From NCBI GenBank assembly GCA_043803105.1, contig JAZDKJ010000012.1:96001-160000 (forward strand): a stretch of 64,000 bases of DNA. The letters are read 5' to 3'. Numbering within the stretch: the first letter of the stretch is position 1; each line of letters starts with the position of its first letter. Shown one piece after another: positions 58,625-64,000 of this stretch. A model generated the notes under the pieces. The model was given only the letters and a program-made list of their open reading frames with translations, was not told where the DNA came from and did not search any database. The position numbers and the translations under genes were made by a program. This stretch comes from Candidatus Woesearchaeota archaeon (GTDB taxonomy: Archaea > Nanobdellota > Nanobdellia > Woesearchaeales > JAZDKJ01).

Positions 58625-61042
58625 TTAGAAAGAGATCTCAGTCTCAAATTCATCTTTTGCGTTCTTGTCAAGTTCCTTGTACACTATGTCTTCTGCTACT
58701 GTTGCGCCTTTTATATCTCCTATGATTTTCTCAAACTCTTCTTTCTTTAGTTTAGCCCTTATCACTAGCTTTGTTATCGGCTTTTTGAGGCTGTAACTCT
58801 TTTCTGATTTTGCCTTTCTTGTCATTCCGACTATATCGACTGCAAGGTCCCCAATCTGCTCTGCCTTGTCGTTGATCAGGTTGTCATTATATACAGGCCA
58901 TCCTGATATGTGTATGCTCTTTTTTTTCTCTTTGTCTGCATAGTGCATCTGGTAGATCTCTTCTGTGATATGTGGCATTATGGGTGCAATGAGTTTTATT
59001 ATTGTAAGTGCTACGTTATAGAGAGTGTATTGTGCTGACCTTCTTGCCTCTTCCCCTCTTTGCTCCTTGTTGTACAACCGGTCTTTGCATATCTCCAGGT
59101 AGTTGTCGCAGAATTGGTGCCAGAAGAATTTCTCTACCTCCTGTTTTGTTGTAGAGTACTCATAATCCCGAAATCCTTCGTTGCATCTCTTGATTAGCCT
59201 GTTCATTTTTGAGATTATCCATTTGTCCATTGCTTCAAGCTCAGGCTTTTTGCCATCATAGTCTTCTAGGTTCATTATTGTGAACTTGCTCGCATTCCAT
59301 AGCTTCACTACCATCCTTCTGCCTGATACCAGCTCTTTTTCCACAAAGGGTACATCATCCCCCAGCTTTGTTGAGGCTGCCCAGAATCTTAGGCAGTCTG
59401 CTCCGTATTTCTCGATTACCTCCATCGGCTCGACTATGTTACCTTTGCTCTTGCTCATCTTTTCTCCCTTGGCATCCATCACATATCCGTTAATCATTAC
59501 ATCTTTCCAAGGAAGCTGGCCTTCGTGCAACAGGCTCTTAACAACTGTGTTGAATAGCCAGAATGTTATTATGTCATGTCCGTTGCTACGCAAAGACATC
59601 GGGAAGACTCGCTTGAAAAGTTTTTCATCTTCCTTCCATCGTGCTGCTATGAACGGTGTTAGGCTTGATGTTGCCCAAGTGTCCATTACATCTTTTTCTG
59701 GCTCAAATTCCCTGGAGCCACACTTGCATTCTTTTTTTGGCTTCTGTTCCATTGGGTCGACCGGCAGCTCTTCTTCCTCTGCCATCATTATCTCGTTGCA
59801 TTTCTTGCAATACCATACTGGGAAAGGCACACCAAAAAATCTTTGTCTTGATATGCACCAGTCCCACTGCAAACCCTTTATCCAGTTGTCGTATCTCACC
59901 TTCATGTGTACAGGTCGCCAGTTGAGCTTTGCCCCTTCCTCTATAAAGTAATCTTTGAGGTCCAGGTATTTTATGAACCATTGTTTTGTTGTGAGGAACT
60001 CCACTTCTATGCCGCATCTTTCGTGAACATTCACCATATGCTTTATCGGCGTTTGCGTCAAGAGCAGTTTTTCATCCTTTAGGTCCTCTATGATGAGCTT
60101 TCTTGCAGTCTTTAGGCTTTGCCCTTCGTACTTTCCTGCAAGCTTGTTCATTTTTCCGTCTTTTGTTATCGCGACTTTTTCAGGCAGGTTGTGCTTCATA
60201 TACCATTCCATGTCTGTAACATCGCCAAATGTGCAGCACATTACTATTCCTGTTCCTTTTTCCCTGTCGACTTTTTCGTCCTCAAGTATTGGGACCTCAT
60301 AATTGAATAACGGAACTAATGCTTTCTTGCCTTTGAGATGCTTGTACCTGTCATCTTCAGGATGGTAGAATATTGCGACGCAAGCCGGTAATAGTTCTGG
60401 CCTTGTGGTCGCTATTATCAAATCTTGGCCTGCAACCTTGAACACAACATCATTAAAAAAGCTTGAAAGTTCCTTGTCCTGGAGTTCTACTTGTGCTATT
60501 GCTGTCTGGCATTCAGGGCACCACATTGTTGGTGCTTCCTTTAGGTATTCCCTTCCTTTCTTGTAAAGCTCAATGAAGCTTAATTGTGATATCCTTTGAA
60601 CCCTTTTATCAATTGTCCTGTAGTTTATGCTCCAATCTGGGCTGATGCCTAATGAGCTCCATTGCTCCTTTAGTTCTTTTTCAGCCTCTTCTGTTTCTTT
60701 GAGGCATAGCTCTATGAATTCCTGCCTTTTCATGCTTGTAGCCTTGACATTACGCTTTTTCTCCACAAATCTTTCTGTTGCGAGGCCATTGTCATCAAGG
60801 CCGAAAGGGTAGAATATGTTTTTTCCCTGCATCCTGTGAAATCTCATTATGTAGTCTGCCTGCGAGTACGCTAATGCATGTCCTATGTGCATCTTTCCAG
60901 AAACAGTTGGCGGTGGAGTGTCGCAGCTGTAGATCTCTTTCTTGCTTGCCGGGTCGAATTTGTTTATCCCTTCCTCTTCCCAGTACCTCTGCCATTTCCT
61001 CTCAGCGTCCTTGAAATCATACTCTTTAGGCAGCTCTTTCAT
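58625..61042 (-). CDS. valS: Valyl-tRNA synthetase (archaeal type)
   Basis: DTPPPTVSG.MHIGH, WCISRQR, DTWATS, KMSKS. Confidence 0.95.
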   Translation of the reverse strand: MKELPKEYDFKDAERKWQRYWEEEGINKFDPASKKEIYSCDTPPPTVSGKMHIGHALAYSQADYIMRFHRMQGKNIFYPFGLDDNGLATERFVEKKRNVKATSMKRQEFIELCLKETEEAEKELKEQWSSLGISPDWSINYRTIDKRVQRISQLSFIELYKKGREYLKEAPTMWCPECQTAIAQVELQDKELSSFFNDVVFKVAGQDLIIATTRPELLPACVAIFYHPEDDRYKHLKGKKALVPLFNYEVPILEDEKVDREKGTGIVMCCTFGDVTDMEWYMKHNLPEKVAITKDGKMNKLAGKYEGQSLKTARKLIIEDLKDEKLLLTQTPIKHMVNVHERCGIEVEFLTTKQWFIKYLDLKDYFIEEGAKLNWRPVHMKVRYDNWIKGLQWDWCISRQRFFGVPFPVWYCKKCNEIMMAEEEELPVDPMEQKPKKECKCGSREFEPEKDVMDTWATSSLTPFIAARWKEDEKLFKRVFPMSLRSNGHDIITFWLFNTVVKSLLHEGQLPWKDVMINGYVMDAKGEKMSKSKGNIVEPMEVIEKYGADCLRFWAASTKLGDDVPFVEKELVSGRRMVVKLWNASKFTIMNLEDYDGKKPELEAMDKWIISKMNRLIKRCNEGFRDYEYSTTKQEVEKFFWHQFCDNYLEICKDRLYNKEQRGEEARRSAQYTLYNVALTIIKLIAPIMPHITEEIYQMHYADKEKKKSIHISGWPVYNDNLINDKAEQIGDLAVDIVGMTRKAKSEKSYSLKKPITKLVIRAKLKKEEFEKIIGDIKGATVAEDIVYKELDKNAKDEFETEISF

Positions 61043-61146
61043 GCTCGCAATGTGTTCCCTGAGACTATTTAAATCTTTAGGAATGGACTTTAGTGTAACT
61101 TCTAGGACAAACCTTTTTAAGCACCATTTTGTATTCCAGCTTGAAA

Positions 61147-62634
61147 ATGCTTGAGCAAATCCTTTATCACAGCACCAATCGCAACCTCTCTTTGGAGCAA
61201 CTGAAAGTTATCAAGGATATTGATCCAAACATTAAGGGTGCGTTCAAGGACTTAGTCACTTTCAAAGACACGATTTTGTGGGGTCAATCCCCGGATACAG
61301 GACTTTTTAATCCTGTACGCTTGCCAACTATCTCCCTAGAAGAGATTTCCTCACTCAAAGGGAAGCCACCCTCTGACACAGGTTATTTGATACTGAGAAA
61401 ATTCTTAACAGAAGAAGAGATGCCTGATGCTGTTCTTCGTAAGTTGTGCAAGGAGGCTTTCAATTTTGAATATCCTCTTGAGCATCTTGAAGATCGCAAG
61501 TTTCTGCTGATGCACACTAAAAGCCCTACTGGCGACTTCAAGAATACTGGAGCCCGGGCAAACGCAAGGTTTTTGTCATATTTTATGGAGCCTGGCATGA
61601 TTTACATTAGGAACACTATCACTTCAGGCGATACAGGTGGTGCTGTTGGCCTTGCTGATTATCTGATTCGTCACTTGATATCTGTCATTTGGTATCCCAA
61701 AGATTACATAAGCAAGGTACAGAAGTATATTATTGACAGGATTGGGGGAAATGTATATGCACTGGCTGTGGAGGGTGTTGACTTCACCCCTATACAAGAC
61801 CAGATTGGCAAGGCACTCTTGGCAGATTCTGACTTGAGACAAGAGTTGTTGGAGATGAAGGTTGGACTTACCTCAGGTAACTCGATCAATTGGGGTAGGG
61901 TCTTGCCGCAACTTATTCACTTTGTTCACGCTTACGCGCAATTGGCAAGTCCTGTTGGTGAGCCTGCGATTTTTTCAACACCTCTTGGCAATATGGGTCA
62001 TGGCTTGGCAGGAGATATTGCGCGCCGTATGGGCCTTCCAATTTTCTCGGTGTGGCCGACCAACGAGAATGATCCATTTCCAAGGTATCTGCAAACAGGC
62101 GTCTACAAGCCGTTAACTGCAGAGCAGGTTAACCTGAAATGCAAGTCCAATTCAATGATTGTGAAAAACCCAAGCAATGCGGCAAGGCTGTTTGATTTTG
62201 AAGGTGGCAATGTTGACAAGGATGGCAGGGTGAATGGATATCCTTCCTTGCCAGGCATACAGAAACACATTTATTCTGCTAAGGTGATGATGGGTGAAGA
62301 AGATGAGGCAATAAAATATGTCTTCAAGCAGTATGGAATCCATATTGACCCGCACGGTGCTTGTGCATTCCACGGGTTTATGGATTTTGCCAACAAGGAG
62401 AAACTTGCAAAGGATATGCTTTCTATCATTCAGGTAACTGCACATCCTTACAAGTATGAAGACCACGTCCGAGAACTGACTGGCGAAGCTCCTAAGAAGC
62501 CCGAGCAGTTCGAATGGTTTGATAATAGACCTGAAAGCTGCAAGATAATGCCGTTTGATTATGCTGTGGCCCGGCAATTCATTCTTGACCTTGCCTATAA
62601 GCAGAGGCAAATAGAGAATCGTCTTCATGCATAA
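61147..62634 (+). CDS. thrC: Threonine synthase (divergent)
   Basis: PTGDFK PLP lysine, TSGDTG, NSINWGR, P.GN.G, DPH.A, TAHP.K. Confidence 0.8.
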   Translation: MLEQILYHSTNRNLSLEQLKVIKDIDPNIKGAFKDLVTFKDTILWGQSPDTGLFNPVRLPTISLEEISSLKGKPPSDTGYLILRKFLTEEEMPDAVLRKLCKEAFNFEYPLEHLEDRKFLLMHTKSPTGDFKNTGARANARFLSYFMEPGMIYIRNTITSGDTGGAVGLADYLIRHLISVIWYPKDYISKVQKYIIDRIGGNVYALAVEGVDFTPIQDQIGKALLADSDLRQELLEMKVGLTSGNSINWGRVLPQLIHFVHAYAQLASPVGEPAIFSTPLGNMGHGLAGDIARRMGLPIFSVWPTNENDPFPRYLQTGVYKPLTAEQVNLKCKSNSMIVKNPSNAARLFDFEGGNVDKDGRVNGYPSLPGIQKHIYSAKVMMGEEDEAIKYVFKQYGIHIDPHGACAFHGFMDFANKEKLAKDMLSIIQVTAHPYKYEDHVRELTGEAPKKPEQFEWFDNRPESCKIMPFDYAVARQFILDLAYKQRQIENRLHA

Positions 62635-62666
62635 TCTTTTATAGTCTCAGGACATTTTGTCTTCTC

Positions 62667-62987
62667 ATGAACATACAGAAGTTTGAGGATCATTATAAGG
62701 TAAAGAGCGAGTCCTCAAATCGTTGGTATGAGGTCTTTCCTGACCGTCCTTTCTGCACCTGCCCTAGTTTCATCTTCTACTCAACCAAGAAAGGCGGTGT
62801 CTGCAAACACATCAAAGCAGTCCAGGAGCAGACCTTAAAGGTCGATCCTGGCGTTGTGGATTATGTAAGGCAAAAAGGTGAGGTTGACAGTCTGCAACTC
62901 ATTGAGAAGTTTGGCGAGGAAAAGGTCAATGCCTGCATAGCGAGCGGTGAGCTGTTAGAATCAAAAGGAAGGATTAAACTACTCTGA
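62667..62987 (+). CDS. SWIM zinc-finger protein
   Basis: CTCP.F...CKHI..V; short wHTH-like C-terminus. Confidence 0.8.
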   Translation: MNIQKFEDHYKVKSESSNRWYEVFPDRPFCTCPSFIFYSTKKGGVCKHIKAVQEQTLKVDPGVVDYVRQKGEVDSLQLIEKFGEEKVNACIASGELLESKGRIKLL

Positions 62988-63022
62988 ATCGTAATAATTC
63001 ATCTCTAATCTCGGATTTATTT

Positions 63023-63433
63023 TCATGTGTTTTTCCCATAAAAATTTATCATAAAAGTGTATTCAGTCCGTCCAATCTTATTGCCTCTAACATTCCTACA
63101 TTCACTGGATTCATACTCCGCATGAGATATTTCATAAGCATGTGTACACAAGCAGTCTACACTAAGTGCCTTTGGCTCCATCCCTTCCTTTCTCATTTCT
63201 CTGATTCTGTTTACTAGGCTTAGGAAAAGGCTATCACCATATCCAAATATGAAGGGCAAAGGTTCTTCAGTACACAACCCCCACATTCTCTTATCAAATA
63301 CAGAACCTAGATACACTCTGCCAATTGCATCTTGTGTTGTTATAAGTTTAAGATTTATTCTGTTTCGTCTCTCGTATAAGCTATTAACTGTTCTAAGGCT
63401 GGTTCTAAATTTCTCGAATTCTTTATCATTCAA
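63023..63433 (-). CDS. Hypothetical protein, paralog of upstream gene
   Basis: TTG start after GGAGG; N.KEF, TT..A.G.VYLG, INFYG. Confidence 0.7.
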   Translation of the reverse strand: MNDKEFEKFRTSLRTVNSLYERRNRINLKLITTQDAIGRVYLGSVFDKRMWGLCTEEPLPFIFGYGDSLFLSLVNRIREMRKEGMEPKALSVDCLCTHAYEISHAEYESSECRNVRGNKIGRTEYTFMINFYGKNT

Positions 63434-63816
63434 TTTATTCTTCCTCCGTAGAAATTGATGTTGTAAGCGTACCAGTGAATAAAATCGGCCCAATTGCCCG
63501 CTTCCTTGAATTCCAGACTGAATTTGGTTGGATTCTGTCCTTCTGTTCTCAAGTCTGCAATAGCGTCTCCAATCTTTCGAAATATGCTACCACCTTTGTA
63601 ATCATCCACCAATGCGTCTGTGAAATCCCTGTAAGGATGATCATACATATCTCTAAGTCTAAACTCAACTACATCCATGATTCCACCAAGGTAAACCATT
63701 CCTCTGGCCCCCTCTGTTGTGACCAGTTCAATGTCCACCTTCTTCCAATCAAGATGGTTCCACCGGTCCATTTCTCTTATTTCTTTTCGCAAAATGCCAA
63801 ATTCCTTAGGGTTCAT
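63430..63816 (-). CDS. Hypothetical protein
   Basis: 128-aa ORF with overlapping start/stop on both sides. Confidence 0.72.
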   Translation of the reverse strand: MNPKEFGILRKEIREMDRWNHLDWKKVDIELVTTEGARGMVYLGGIMDVVEFRLRDMYDHPYRDFTDALVDDYKGGSIFRKIGDAIADLRTEGQNPTKFSLEFKEAGNWADFIHWYAYNINFYGGRIN

Positions 63817-64000
63817 TTTCCTTTTCCTTTCTCTTCTTGCTTTTTATCATCTAATTTTCCAAAGTTAAAGTCCACCTTTAAGTATAGTAACCTGTTGTCC
63901 TTGTTGTGCACGTCTATTCCATAGTGTCCGATAATGCAGATATTTTTGGTTATGGAATACATTGCAAATGGGCCAATATAGTCAAATCCTGTTCTATCTT
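63813..64000 (-). CDS. Hypothetical protein, 5'-partial
   Basis: Open frame ...LYLKVDFNFGKLDDKKQEEKGKGK* whose TGA overlaps next ATG. Confidence 0.55.
   Translation of the reverse strand, partial: DRTGFDYIGPFAMYSITKNICIIGHYGIDVHNKDNRLLYLKVDFNFGKLDDKKQEEKGKGK

Overview
Gene-dense archaeal chromosomal segment with about 60 CDS and 3 tRNA genes. It is most likely from a DPANN archaeon of Woesearchaeota type, inferred from gene content and surface-protein style. Housekeeping genes include dnaG (partial), rio1, dim2, top6B/top6A, trmI, ABCE1, secF/secD, pyrG, pyrH, porCDAB, nop5/fibrillarin, cysE/cysS, valS and thrC. No CRISPR array, rRNA or transposase was seen. The most unusual features are non-coding. 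(1) A tRNA-Cys split by three BHB-type introns, one at position 8/9, preceded by a leader that duplicates its own acceptor strand. (2) A two-intron tRNA-Arg. (3) A ~290-nt two-domain structured leader upstream of dnaG with a possible anti-Shine-Dalgarno switch. (4) A family of short palindromes found both inside tRNA introns and next to tRNA genes. Also notable: a 10-kb cassette (A-rich leader, AbrB regulator, 3293-aa surface protein) that splits the rio1-dim2-top6BA cluster; a GH15 gene that needs a non-AUG start; cutA and a Zn-ribbon gene interleaved in the POR operon; and a stand-alone CARF-like gene. All structures were read by eye and need computational confirmation.
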